Shown in pieces: positions 1-9,898 of a stretch of 64,000 nt of DNA. Position numbers and translations under genes: made by a program. The notes beneath the pieces were generated by a model, which was not told where the DNA came from, did not search any database, and saw only the letters and a list, made by a program, of their open reading frames with translations. Source of the stretch: Candidatus Latescibacterota bacterium (lineage in GTDB: Bacteria; Latescibacterota; UBA2968); the NCBI GenBank assembly GCA_965205975.1, contig OZ242195.1, positions 1,600,001-1,664,000 of the forward strand, in the 5' to 3' direction. Numbering within the stretch: the stretch's first letter is position 1; each line of letters starts with the position of its first letter.

Positions 1-514
1 TCAGGTCCATCGATACGGTCTCTGTCTGTCCATCTCGCACAAGCCTTGCACGCACCAATCCTATGTCTGTGCCTGAAAAGGCTTCTGTTGTGCGAAAGCG
101 TATCGTGCCGATAAGACCGCTACCTGGACTGTTAGCCGATAGGGTTATCCCGATATTTGCAACGTCATTTCCCGTAAGTGCCGAGGTGCCAGATACGATA
201 TGGGATCGCTTGAAGCCTTCGTAAGTAGCCTGAGAGGGGTCGAATTCAAAGCGGAGGGAGAGGTCGCTTGCAGATGCAATATCTGTGGCGAAGATTTGGA
301 TGGGGACGGTGCGATTGGGTAAGACATCGAGAGAGGAGATTGCTTGATCGCCTTCAGAGCTATTCAGGTCCAGAGAGAGGGAAAAACTGCTCGTCTGGGT
401 GGATAGAGACCACGGAAATAGCAAGAGCAGAAGGCTCAGCACACGGACTATGCCGACCGCGAAGGGGAAAATTTTAACGCGGGAGAGGGGTGTGTTTTTG
501 AGATATATATTCAT
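1..514 (-). CDS. Secreted protein with cohesin-like domain (5' part only; runs off the left edge)
   Basis: Absent from the ORF track because it has no stop in the window. Read by hand from ATG at 514: MNIYLKNTPLSRVKIFPFAVGIVRVLSLLLLLFPWSLSTQTSSFSLSLDLNSSEGDQAISSLDVLPNRTVPIQIFATDIASASDLSLRFEFDPSQATYEGF...GSGLIGTIRFRTTEAFSGTDIGLVRARL. It is open for 171 codons, with a hydrophobic signal region and a beta-sandwich pattern (LRFEFDP, IGTIRF) typical of cohesin-like domains. Confidence 0.75.
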   Translation of the reverse strand, partial: MNIYLKNTPLSRVKIFPFAVGIVRVLSLLLLLFPWSLSTQTSSFSLSLDLNSSEGDQAISSLDVLPNRTVPIQIFATDIASASDLSLRFEFDPSQATYEGFKRSHIVSGTSALTGNDVANIGITLSANSPGSGLIGTIRFRTTEAFSGTDIGLVRARLVRDGQTETVSMDL

Positions 515-538
515 ATTATTCCAATATTTATGGTTGTT

Positions 539-554
539 GGGCGATCATTCGCCC
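539..554. promoter_or_regulatory. 16-bp palindrome GGGCGA-N4-TCGCCC, candidate activator binding site
   Basis: gggcgatcattcgccc abuts the stop of the 554-3745 activator. The same motif occurs three times after the paralogous activator (20386, 20458, 20489). Confidence 0.5.
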
Positions 555-3500
555 TAAGTGCGTTTAAGACCCAGCCTTTTTATTTTGCTAAAAAGAGTAG
601 AAGACGGTAATCCCAGCAGGGCCGCTGCACCCTGAGCGCCTTTTACCCGATAGTTGGTCGCTTTGAGCACTTTGAGGATGTGACGGCGTTCGAGTTCATC
701 CAAAGTCACAACTGCTCGGCTCTGATCTAACTCGTGAGCGAGATCTGTAATCTGGGCATTAGACAGTCCAAGGTCACTTACGCCAATTTGAGAATTGCGA
801 CACACAATTACGGCGTGGTTTATCGCATGCTCCAATTCCCGCACATTACCCGGCCAATCGCAGGCTTGCAACACCTCAATAACCGCTATCGTCAAAGGAG
901 CTATGTCCTTGCCCAGATGCGCTGCCATGCGGGCCTTGAAATACTCCGCCAACTCCGGGATGTCCTCCCTGCGCTCGCGAAGCGGCGGCAAAGACATCGG
1001 AAACGCGTGGAGGCGGTAATAGAGATCCTCCCGAAAATCACCTGTGCCGACCATCTCCTCAAGATTGCGATTCGTCGCTGCCACAATCCGCGTCTTTGCC
1101 ATCAGCGTCTCACTGCCCCCAACCCGCTCATAAGTGCCCTCTTCCAGCAAGCGCAACAGCCTGGCCTGTGTTGCCAGAGTCATATCGCCGATCTCATCGA
1201 GGAAGAGCGTGCCATCTTTGGCCAGTTCCACCTTGCCCAGCCTGCGAGAAACTGCACTGGTAAACGCCCCTCTCTCGTGACCAAACAGTTCACTGTCAAT
1301 TAGTGTTTCAGGCAGTGCACCGCAGTTGACCTGTATAAAAGGCCCATCGCTATGGGCACTTTGTGCGTGTAACACCCGTGCAGCCAAGCCCTTACCCACA
1401 CCTGTCTCGCCCATAATCAGCACCGTAATATCAGTGGGTGCCACCTTCAGGAGTTTGTTTTGAAACTGATACAGAGCAGCGCTTTGTCCAATAAATCTTT
1501 TGTCTCCCTGACTATTGAGCGCCGTTTTCAGGCCTTCGATACGCGGATCTTCTTCTACCGAGATCTGCACCTGCGCGATCTCCGAGTAATTGAGGTCGCG
1601 ATCTATCGCCCGGACCTGAAAGGTGTAGTCTCCCGGCGGCAAGTCCCGGTAATGCGCCCGCGTCTTTCGGGTCGGTAGCTGCCAGTTGGGGTCGTGTCCT
1701 TTTAATCGGCAAACATACAGCATATCGCTGGAATGGGTGGAAAAACTCAGGCCCTTGTACTCTAAAATCACATTCTGATCTGCGGTAGATACGATAATTT
1801 CCTCCGGACTCTCATAGACCTGATTGGCAATCACCTGCAGCAGGCGAATCCGGGGCGGCGTTTGTAGCGGACGGTAGCGTATGACAGTACCCAGCGTCGT
1901 GCCAAACCAAAAAGCGCCGTCGCGATCTTCGAATATCTGAGAAACCGGTCCTATATGCGGTGACTTGATGGCCTGAAAAAGCTGACCATCGTAGTGGATC
2001 ACACCCACATCTGTGCCGAACCAGAGGTGGCCTTGCGAATCCTCGAATAGACAACGGATACGATCACTCGGCAACCCGTCTTCTGTCGTGAAGGTGTGGA
2101 AAGTGCGACCATCAAAGCGGCACATACCGCTCAAAGTGGCGATCCACAGGTTGCCTGCGCGGTCTAAGAGCAGGTCAGTGACCTTGTCGTCGATCAACCC
2201 ATCTTCAATGCCATAAAATTTGAGACCCTCTTCGGGATGCCAGCGCGCCAGACCCCTGTCGCCAGTGTGGCAGACCAAATGAAAATAGATCTCGCCCTTG
2301 CGCCCGACAACCACAGTGCCAATGCGGTCTAAAAAACCTTCCTTTTTGTCCTTTAAAAAAATGGTTTGAAACTGCTCGCCCCGCTGGTAAATGATCTTTA
2401 ATGGCCTATCCAAAAGCCTTTCTTTTTTTGTTTTCATTTCATTAAATTTCTTTTCCCTACAGCCGAAAAGGAATTGACCTTGCGCGTCCTGGGTGATTGC
2501 GCTGATGCTCATGTCGGCTGACCCCGCATCTATTTTTTCCTTTTTAAACTCCTGCCCATCGTAGCGGAACAGGCCGTTGAAGCCGCCAAACCACAGATAC
2601 CCTTCGCGGTCCTCGTACATAGAGAAACAGTTGTCGATATCAAAGCCCTGCTCGGAGCCTAAAAATGCAAAGTGTTCGCCATCAAAACGGGCGACGTCTT
2701 TGTTCAGGGAGGTGAGAATAGGGGAAACATACCCGATCCATATATCACCTCGCCGGTCTTGCACGATCTGCGAGACCTCGCTCGGCTCTTTGTCTTTGGG
2801 AGAAGCCTTCTCGAGGCCAAGAACGCTGATACTATGTTCATCGTAAAGCATCACACCACACCAGGTAGCGAACCAATACTGATGATTGCGATCCTGGAAT
2901 ACAGCTTTAACTGCATTCTGGGGCAGCTCATCAACAGGGGTAAACCTGCTGAACCCATCACCGTTCTGATACCATACGCCTTCCGAGGTGCACAACCACA
3001 TTCGCCCTTCCCGATCAAACTGAATTTTGCGTAGCCCCCACCCCAAACCTATTTGAACGGACTGGAAGGCACCATCGGCATAGCACCAGAGTTCATCTCG
3101 ATTTCCAAACCGACCGATCCACACTTTGCCGGTATGATCTTTATCTACGATATAGGCGGTTCCATCTGGCGGAAAGCCATCTTTCTCCTCATAGCGGTGG
3201 AAGGATGTACCATCGAAGCGGATGAGGTAGTTAAAGCCAAACCACAGGTGTCCTTGCGGATCCTGGGTAATACCCCAACACGGAGGCCACTTATTAGAAG
3301 GAGGCACCTCGTATTGCTGAAGGTAGAGCGGAATCATGTCGTGGAAAGCAGTGCCATCGCAATACCCCAGGGTACTCGTGCCACCAAACCATACACGTCC
3401 CTCACGGTCTTCGTAGATGGACTGCACAGTTCGGCCTGCAATGCCCGTGTCCTTCAAATGGTGAAATTCTGCTCCGTCATACCAGCAGACGCCATTTTCG

Positions 3501-3745
3501 GTGCCAAACCACAACCGATTCTGACTGTCTTGTAAAACAAAAAAAGTCCGGTCACTACAAAGACCATCTCTTTCGGTAAAATTCTTGAATTCGTCTCCAT
3601 CAAAGCGGCTCACGCCGTTGTCCCAGGTGGCGAACCAGATACAGCCCTCGCTATCCTCAGCGATGTGTTCAACGCGCATCCCTGCAAGGCCATCGGCGAT
3701 AGAATAAGTCCGACAGATGCCCGTGTGACCAAGTGATCCGATCAT
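554..3745 (-). CDS. Sigma54-dependent enhancer-binding activator with N-terminal two-component-regulator beta-propeller repeats and YYY domain (paralog 1)
   Basis: Repeated D-x-x-G-x-[LIM]-W-[FI]-G-T blades and F-T-x-x-D-G-L motifs; YYY domain ([19 protein letters not shown]); Walker [21 protein letters not shown]; Walker [27 protein letters not shown]; Fis-type HTH ([16 protein letters not shown]). Confidence 0.93.
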   Translation of the reverse strand: MIGSLGHTGICRTYSIADGLAGMRVEHIAEDSEGCIWFATWDNGVSRFDGDEFKNFTERDGLCSDRTFFVLQDSQNRLWFGTENGVCWYDGAEFHHLKDTGIAGRTVQSIYEDREGRVWFGGTSTLGYCDGTAFHDMIPLYLQQYEVPPSNKWPPCWGITQDPQGHLWFGFNYLIRFDGTSFHRYEEKDGFPPDGTAYIVDKDHTGKVWIGRFGNRDELWCYADGAFQSVQIGLGWGLRKIQFDREGRMWLCTSEGVWYQNGDGFSRFTPVDELPQNAVKAVFQDRNHQYWFATWCGVMLYDEHSISVLGLEKASPKDKEPSEVSQIVQDRRGDIWIGYVSPILTSLNKDVARFDGEHFAFLGSEQGFDIDNCFSMYEDREGYLWFGGFNGLFRYDGQEFKKEKIDAGSADMSISAITQDAQGQFLFGCREKKFNEMKTKKERLLDRPLKIIYQRGEQFQTIFLKDKKEGFLDRIGTVVVGRKGEIYFHLVCHTGDRGLARWHPEEGLKFYGIEDGLIDDKVTDLLLDRAGNLWIATLSGMCRFDGRTFHTFTTEDGLPSDRIRCLFEDSQGHLWFGTDVGVIHYDGQLFQAIKSPHIGPVSQIFEDRDGAFWFGTTLGTVIRYRPLQTPPRIRLLQVIANQVYESPEEIIVSTADQNVILEYKGLSFSTHSSDMLYVCRLKGHDPNWQLPTRKTRAHYRDLPPGDYTFQVRAIDRDLNYSEIAQVQISVEEDPRIEGLKTALNSQGDKRFIGQSAALYQFQNKLLKVAPTDITVLIMGETGVGKGLAARVLHAQSAHSDGPFIQVNCGALPETLIDSELFGHERGAFTSAVSRRLGKVELAKDGTLFLDEIGDMTLATQARLLRLLEEGTYERVGGSETLMAKTRIVAATNRNLEEMVGTGDFREDLYYRLHAFPMSLPPLRERREDIPELAEYFKARMAAHLGKDIAPLTIAVIEVLQACDWPGNVRELEHAINHAVIVCRNSQIGVSDLGLSNAQITDLAHELDQSRAVVTLDELERRHILKVLKATNYRVKGAQGAAALLGLPSSTLFSKIKRLGLKRT

Positions 3746-3797
3746 AATAAAAATCCTTATTATTACGCGCCTGCATTATCGCAACCCTGCGGACGCA

Positions 3798-3875
3798 CTA
3801 TTTCAGCAGCAAAAGACGGCGTACCTGCACCTCCTGTGCACTGGACAACCGATACAGATAGATCCCACTGGCAAC
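3798..3875 (-). pseudogene. Orphan remnant of the T9SS-type CTD 3' end (VASGIYLYRLSSAQEVQVRRLLLLK*)
   Basis: These 78 bp read identical to the last 26 codons of the genes ending at 9268 and 15190. They begin 27 nt after the TAG of the 3903-9221 gene and are in the same frame. Confidence 0.85.
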
Positions 3876-3902
3876 CAGATGAGACATGCACACGGGGCGC
3901 CT

Positions 3903-6900
3903 CTACCAGCCTATTGTGGCGCGACCAACAATCCCATGATCCGCACCGATAGACAACGGACTCGCACGACGATGGGCATCAACACCCAACTCAAAACGCA
4001 AGCCCTCATTAACAGGCGCACTGATGCCATAACCAACGCGATAATCCCGACCTTGAACCGAGGTCGCAAAGCCCAAACGCGGCGTGCCCACAAAGCGCCT
4101 GCCCAACGCCAAACCATACCCCAGATCCGCATCGAGCCGGTTGCCCAACGTGTAGCTGCCACCCGCTATACCCGACATCGTAGGCCGACCCCACAACGCC
4201 TCGGCTCCGCTCGTCGCCTGATCCCCCCAGGAAGGCGACACACGCATCGTCAAACCCAATGGCGTCGATGGACTCGGATTGTAACTGAAAGACACTGCCA
4301 TACCGCGCTCACCGTAGCCTTCCGCCTCGTGGACCAGCAACGTCCGCACGCGCATATCCACCTCCAGACCCGTCAAAGGATCGGAAACAACCAGACCCCC
4401 TGCAATATCCAGACCCGATCCTGTCTCGGCATCGCCCCCATCGTGACGAAGACCAACCATCACGCTCGGAGATAGAGACAATCGGCTCCGGAACGTCAGG
4501 ACATGAGATCCTTCAAGTGCTGTGCGCACACGGCTTACCACTGAACGCGTCGCTGCCAGATTGCCCGAAGAACCAGATACTGCACCACTCGACGTACCTA
4601 CCCACAACGCATCGGCCTTATACGACAACCTGAAACCATTCCCGCCACTGCCGATCAATTCGCCGCGCGTGCCCACCGCAGCCAGCGACATCGACAGACC
4701 CGCAGACAGTTGCAAGGCGTCTTCTTGACTCAACAGCATATCACCCACACCGTAGCCACCTACTGCCCACACCGTCATCCGATCCGTCAAACGATAGCCC
4801 AGCCACGGATAAAGACCCGTCACCGACGAAGCCACACGACCACCACCCACCCCACCCGTGTAACTGCCCAATCCCCAACTGCGAGACAAAGACAAGCCCA
4901 CCAGAAAAGGTCCCTTCGCGTAGTCAGTACCGAGCATCGCCGTGCGAACAGTGCCATCCAGACCCAGATCATCTTCGCGACCAAAAAAGGACGACCGCGC
5001 ACCACGGCTCCAGAAAGAGAACACGCCTCCCCGATCCATCTCACGGTTAAGCGTAAACGACGAACCCGTCAGCACATCGCCCGTCCTGAAAAGGGAACGC
5101 AACACTCCCGAAAGACCAAAGTCCCTATCGACGTCATCACCATATCTCAGACCGCCAAGACCATACACAAAGCGATCCGCCACGTCTGTAACCATATCCT
5201 CAGCCCCGCGCAACTGATGACCCGCCAAACGTCCCTCAAAACCCGACTCACGCCGTGCCTGCAGACGCTCCTCCACATATTCCACCACCTGCAACGCCGC
5301 CGTCCGACCAAACCGCGCAAGCAGGCCCTTAGGCATTGGATCGATGTTCACGATCGTCCCGGTCGCGTCGCCGTCGTCGATCCACACGTCGCCGCCCGAC
5401 GCGTTGGTCAGCGTCAGCTTGAACGTCTCCTCGCCCTCGTCAATGGCATCGTCGAGCACCGCCACCGCCACCGTCGTCGCCGTCTCGCCGACCGCGAACG
5501 TCAGCGTGCCCGTGGCCTGCGTGTAGTCCGACCCTGCTCTCGCGGAGCCGTTCGCAGTCGCGTAGTCCACCGTCACCGTCTCCGACGAAGCCCGACTCAG
5601 CGTCACCGCGAAGTCCACCGTCGCCCCGGCCGCCTCCGTCACCCGCGCGTCCGCCACCCTAAAGGCCGGCGGCCCCTTGATCTCCGCGGTCGCCGTGTTC
5701 GACAGCGCCTCGCCGTTGGGCATGCACACCGCCCCCTCGTCCGAACACGAGCCGCTCGGGCCGATCGACACCTCCATGTCGGTATGCGCGATCGGCTGTA
5801 TGACGACCACCCAGCGGTCGTTGCGCGCGCTGTCCTCACGCCGTACCCTGACCCTTCCTGGCACGTTGCTCTGCCGCATCTTCAGGGCGTGCTCCTGCAG
5901 CGTCCGGTAGCTCAAGCCTTCCGGGTTCTTGTTGAACACCAACCGGAGCTCCACCTCGTTGCTTCCGTCATGCGTGGCCGGCACGTCCTCGAATCGCACG
6001 GTGAACGGTTCACCCGGGACCACGCCTGACACGGCGGCTGCCAGCGGGCGATTGTCCGACGTGCAGATCGCGTCGCTTGCCGTGCAGTCAGTCGTCTCAG
6101 GCAGCACGATCGACACATCCGCTCCCACCTCCGGCTCCACCCGGATTCGCCAGCGCCGGTTGTTGTCCGCCTCGAAGCGGCTCACGCCGGTCACCGCGCC
6201 GCCGGTCACCTGCACACCGTCCTGCAGCGTCCGGTAGCTCAGCGAGATCTGCTCGCTGAACCGCAGCTCGAACGTGAACGCCTCGTCGCTGTGGGTATCC
6301 GGCAGGTCGTGGAACTCCCCGGACAGCGGCGACTCGGTATCGTTGTCGGAGATGGTCACCACCGCGGTGCCGTCGACTATGTGCGACCCGCCGCCAGCGG
6401 GATTGGAGAACTGCAGCGTAAAGGTCTCGCCGCCGTCGTCGAAGTTGTCGTTGAGCAGCGGCACCGATACGGTCGCCTCGCTCTCGCCCGCCGCGAAGGT
6501 GAGCGTCCCGGACGTAGATATGTAGTCCTGCCCCGCGATCGCCGTGCCGTCGGCGGTGGCATAGTCCACCGTCACGCTGCCAGCGGATGCCCGGCTCAGG
6601 GTGACCCGCACATCCGCGGTCGCGTTCCGGTCCTCGTTGGCCCGCGTGTCGCGCACCGAGACCCCCGGCGGCCCCTTGATTCTCTTGGTGATCTGGTTCG
6701 AGAGCTTCAGGCCTTCTTCCGTACACACCGCGCCCTCGTCCTCGCAGTTCTGGGTCGGGCCGACGCTCACGACGATGTCTTCGTGTTTGGAATTCTCATA
6801 GAACGGCATGAACGGGACGTCGAAGTGCCAACGCCGCCCGCTGTCGTCGCCGATCTTGTACACCCTGGTCGCCCGGATATCCCGGTATCCCAGGCTCATC

Positions 6901-9221
6901 AGCAACACGTTGGCGCGCAGGGTCGCGGCGTCGAGGCTGCTCTTGGGTGCGAGGCTGAAGGCGAGCCGGATGGAGAAGGCGGTGGAACCGTCGTGGGTGT
7001 CCGGAATGCGCTCGAATGCCACCGTCAGCTTTTCTTCCTTTACTACCTCCTCTTCCTCCTCTTCCTCCTCTTCCTCCGGCTCCTGCACGACGACCGGAGG
7101 CGTCTCCGGTACCACCGCCACCACCGACGCGGCGAGCGGTCGGTCGTCTTCCGTGCAGATCGCCCCGTCCGCCTCGCAGTCGTCCATCGCTGGCAACGTT
7201 ACCACCACGTTGCCCGAGCTGATCGGTTGGACGGTGATTCTCCAGCGCAGGTTATTGTCCCGTTCGATCCGCCCGGCCCTTATCACGTTCCCGTTCATGA
7301 CCGTGAACGCCGTACTGCGCAACGTCAGGTAGCTCACCGGCACCGACTCGCTGAAACGCAACTCGAAGGTGAATGGCTGCGTGCCGTGGCTCTCCGGCAG
7401 GTTGTGAAACGTCGCCGTCAACGCGTCGTCCTCCATCTGCTGCGTGGAGGTACCGGGCGACTGATTGGTCACCTCGTGGCCGCTCACCGCCGCGGCCGCG
7501 TTGCCCGCGATGTCCTGCAGCGGGTTGCTCGCCGGCACCGTATAGCTCACCGTCACGCTCTCCCCATGCACCACCGCCGTCGCTAGTGCCAGCGTCACCG
7601 TGCGCCCACTCACCGACACAGGTTCGCTGTCCGCCAGCACGCGCGACGCGCCCGCCACCGTCACCGCGAACGCAGAAGCGGGCGGCGGGTTCCCGTCCAG
7701 ATCCTCGCTGTACGTCAGCACCACGTACTGGCCGTTCGCCGTCGCCGAATGCAGCGTCGGCGCCGTGCTGTCCGACTCCGGGGTCAGGTTGCTCACCGTG
7801 TAGTCGCTCACCGCCGCGGCCGCGTTGCCCGCGATGTCCTGCAGCGGGTTGCTCGCCGGCACCGTATAGCTCACCGTCACGCTCTCCCCGTGTGCCACCG
7901 CCGTCGTCAGTGTCAGCGTCACCCGGCGCCCGCTCACCGCCACCGGATCGCTGTCCGTCAGCGCGCGCGACGCGCCCGCCACCGTCACCGCGAACGCAGA
8001 AGCGGGCGGCGGCGTATCCTCCTGCAGCCCCTCCGCGTAGGTGAGCACCAAGCTCGTTCCCGTCACTTCCGCCCGCCTCACCTCCGGCGCGGTCTCGTCG
8101 GGTGGGCCTCCGTACATGAATTCCCAATGGATCCGCTGCGACAGCTTGCGTCCGTCCGAGGTGCAGATCGCGCCTTCGGCCTCGCAGTCCGTGGTCACCG
8201 GCAGCACCACCCCCATACCCTTGTACGACAGCGGCAGGATCCAGAACACCCAGGTATTGTCCTCGCTGCCCAGCACCCGGTACGCGTTGGTGACTTCGGC
8301 GTTGGTGAGCTGGAAGGCGTGGTTTTTCATGTCCTCCGGCGTGATCGTCACCGGCCAACTGAAATCGATCCTAAGTTCGATCACCGTCGGCCCGAAGTGT
8401 ACGGGCTCGTACCCGTGGCGCGTCCCTGTCAGCGGAACGCTCAGCGGCCCTTCCACCCGCAACTCAGCGGCACTCGACAGCATGCGCCCGTCCCTCGCGC
8501 ACACCGCCCCCCAGGAGTCACACGACGTGGTGGGGGCCAGCGCAACCGTCACGTCCTGAACCGCCGTCGGTTCGATGGAGACCAGCCACTCGTCCGCCCG
8601 CCCGATCGTCATCGTCACCGACCGCACCCGCCCGTTTGTCACGCTCAGCGCCGGGCCGCGCTGCTTCGAGGGGGTAGTGACCGCGCTGCTGAAGTTCACA
8701 TAGACCTCGAACCGCTCCTGGCTATCGTGCGTGTCCGGCGCCCCCGAGAACCAGGCCGTCAGCGGCGGTACCGTCCCCTCCGGCACCGTCACCGTGGTCG
8801 CCGCCGCCAGCGGCCGCCGGTCGGCCGTACACACCGCGTCCGCGTCGTCGCAGTCGGTGGTGGCTGGCACCGTGATCTCCAGGTCCCCGCCGTGAGGCTC
8901 GATGGTGATTCTCCAGCGCGCGGTGAGGTCGTAGCCGTTGACATGTACCATGTCGCTGGCCCGCTGCGCCCGCGTCACCTGCCCATTGGTCACGCTCAGC
9001 AGGCGGTCGCGCACCGTCTTCCAGCTGGCGCTGACTGGCTCACTGAATGCCAGGTCCACGACAATGACCCGGCCCTCGTGCGCGTCCGGTGCTCCCTCAA
9101 TCGCCGCCGTGAGGGGCTCGGCATGCGCTGGCACCGCAGGCCAAGCCAGCATCGCAAGTGCAGCACTGGCAAGCGCGAGCACCGCCGCACGCAGCGCGCT
9201 AAGTCTCAATAAATATCCCAT
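3903..9221 (-). CDS. Giant surface protein: signal peptide, 7 Cx6C Ig-like repeats, 2 SwmB-like domains, 2 Calx-beta domains, C-terminal autotransporter-like beta-barrel
   Basis: RBS GAGGAG before ATG 9221; signal peptide ending AHA; Calx-beta motifs (VTVDYATADGTAIAGQDY...SGTLTFAAGE); SwmB-like motifs (LVLTYAEGL...NPLQDIAGNAAAA). The C-terminal ~480 aa (DPMPKGLLARFGRT...GRATIGW) has amphipathic strands and a terminal Trp. Confidence 0.85.
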   Translation of the reverse strand: MGYLLRLSALRAAVLALASAALAMLAWPAVPAHAEPLTAAIEGAPDAHEGRVIVVDLAFSEPVSASWKTVRDRLLSVTNGQVTRAQRASDMVHVNGYDLTARWRITIEPHGGDLEITVPATTDCDDADAVCTADRRPLAAATTVTVPEGTVPPLTAWFSGAPDTHDSQERFEVYVNFSSAVTTPSKQRGPALSVTNGRVRSVTMTIGRADEWLVSIEPTAVQDVTVALAPTTSCDSWGAVCARDGRMLSSAAELRVEGPLSVPLTGTRHGYEPVHFGPTVIELRIDFSWPVTITPEDMKNHAFQLTNAEVTNAYRVLGSEDNTWVFWILPLSYKGMGVVLPVTTDCEAEGAICTSDGRKLSQRIHWEFMYGGPPDETAPEVRRAEVTGTSLVLTYAEGLQEDTPPPASAFAVTVAGASRALTDSDPVAVSGRRVTLTLTTAVAHGESVTVSYTVPASNPLQDIAGNAAAAVSDYTVSNLTPESDSTAPTLHSATANGQYVVLTYSEDLDGNPPPASAFAVTVAGASRVLADSEPVSVSGRTVTLALATAVVHGESVTVSYTVPASNPLQDIAGNAAAAVSGHEVTNQSPGTSTQQMEDDALTATFHNLPESHGTQPFTFELRFSESVPVSYLTLRSTAFTVMNGNVIRAGRIERDNNLRWRITVQPISSGNVVVTLPAMDDCEADGAICTEDDRPLAASVVAVVPETPPVVVQEPEEEEEEEEEEVVKEEKLTVAFERIPDTHDGSTAFSIRLAFSLAPKSSLDAATLRANVLLMSLGYRDIRATRVYKIGDDSGRRWHFDVPFMPFYENSKHEDIVVSVGPTQNCEDEGAVCTEEGLKLSNQITKRIKGPPGVSVRDTRANEDRNATADVRVTLSRASAGSVTVDYATADGTAIAGQDYISTSGTLTFAAGESEATVSVPLLNDNFDDGGETFTLQFSNPAGGGSHIVDGTAVVTISDNDTESPLSGEFHDLPDTHSDEAFTFELRFSEQISLSYRTLQDGVQVTGGAVTGVSRFEADNNRRWRIRVEPEVGADVSIVLPETTDCTASDAICTSDNRPLAAAVSGVVPGEPFTVRFEDVPATHDGSNEVELRLVFNKNPEGLSYRTLQEHALKMRQSNVPGRVRVRREDSARNDRWVVVIQPIAHTDMEVSIGPSGSCSDEGAVCMPNGEALSNTATAEIKGPPAFRVADARVTEAAGATVDFAVTLSRASSETVTVDYATANGSARAGSDYTQATGTLTFAVGETATTVAVAVLDDAIDEGEETFKLTLTNASGGDVWIDDGDATGTIVNIDPMPKGLLARFGRTAALQVVEYVEERLQARRESGFEGRLAGHQLRGAEDMVTDVADRFVYGLGGLRYGDDVDRDFGLSGVLRSLFRTGDVLTGSSFTLNREMDRGGVFSFWSRGARSSFFGREDDLGLDGTVRTAMLGTDYAKGPFLVGLSLSRSWGLGSYTGGVGGGRVASSVTGLYPWLGYRLTDRMTVWAVGGYGVGDMLLSQEDALQLSAGLSMSLAAVGTRGELIGSGGNGFRLSYKADALWVGTSSGAVSGSSGNLAATRSVVSRVRTALEGSHVLTFRSRLSLSPSVMVGLRHDGGDAETGSGLDIAGGLVVSDPLTGLEVDMRVRTLLVHEAEGYGERGMAVSFSYNPSPSTPLGLTMRVSPSWGDQATSGAEALWGRPTMSGIAGGSYTLGNRLDADLGYGLALGRRFVGTPRLGFATSVQGRDYRVGYGISAPVNEGLRFELGVDAHRRASPLSIGADHGIVGRATIGW
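7481..8012. repeat. Recent tandem duplication of an SwmB-like module (period 324 bp)
   Basis: 7481-7688 and 7805-8012 share long identical runs, e.g. cgctcaccgccgcggccgcgttgcccgcgatgtcctgcagcgggttgctcgccggcaccgtatagctcaccgtcacgctctcccc. Confidence 0.85.
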
Positions 9222-9258
9222 AATCGATTGCTCCTCTTCAAGATTGATTTAAAACCGA

Positions 9259-9898
9259 ATAGACGCGCTATTTCAGCAGCAAAAGACGGCGTACCTGCAC
9301 CTCCTGTGCACTGGACAACCGATACAGATAGATCCCACTGGCAACGGGCGCACCATTATCGTTGCGCCCATTCCAGACCACCCGATAGCGACCAGCCGAC
9401 TGGACCTCCTGCACCAGAGTCCGTATCCGCTGTCCCAGAATATTGTAAATCGCCAACTCTACAGCACCCGACGTGGATAGGCGATAGGCGATATGCGTCT
9501 CGGGATTAAACGGATTCGGATAATTCGCTTCCAGTCCGAAGGTCAGACTCGGCACTATGGGCTTAGACGACTGTGACTCGACGACTGTGATCGTAGCCTG
9601 ACCGCTCCAGTCGCCAGCAGTGCCGTTGTATCGGGCGCGTATCTTCACCTTGTATTCCTCACCCGCCTCCAGACCCGTAATCGCGTAGGAAGGTTCGGTG
9701 GGATAGGCGTTGCCAGTGTTGTCGGTCCAGGTCTTGAAGGACTCATCGACCTTAGCCCACATTATGCGGTAATCGGCTGGAGACTCGCTGGGCGCCTCCC
9801 AGGATGCCTGGATCGTTGCTGGGGTCGCTGCCGTCAGGGTAATCGTTCCGATGTCGCGGGCACCGCGCGGTTCTTCCGGCTCCAGCACAACGGTATTG
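9259..9898. repeat. Direct repeat copy A: FN3 + CTD 3' end, shared with 15181-15820
   Basis: Offset 5922 bp. 9259-9736 matches 15181-15658 with only two visible, synonymous differences; then ~55 bp diverge; then identity resumes. Confidence 0.9.

Noticed and set aside
145..477. ORFs 145-327 (-) and 268-477 (+)
   Set aside because: They overlap the better-supported minus-strand CDS starting at 514.
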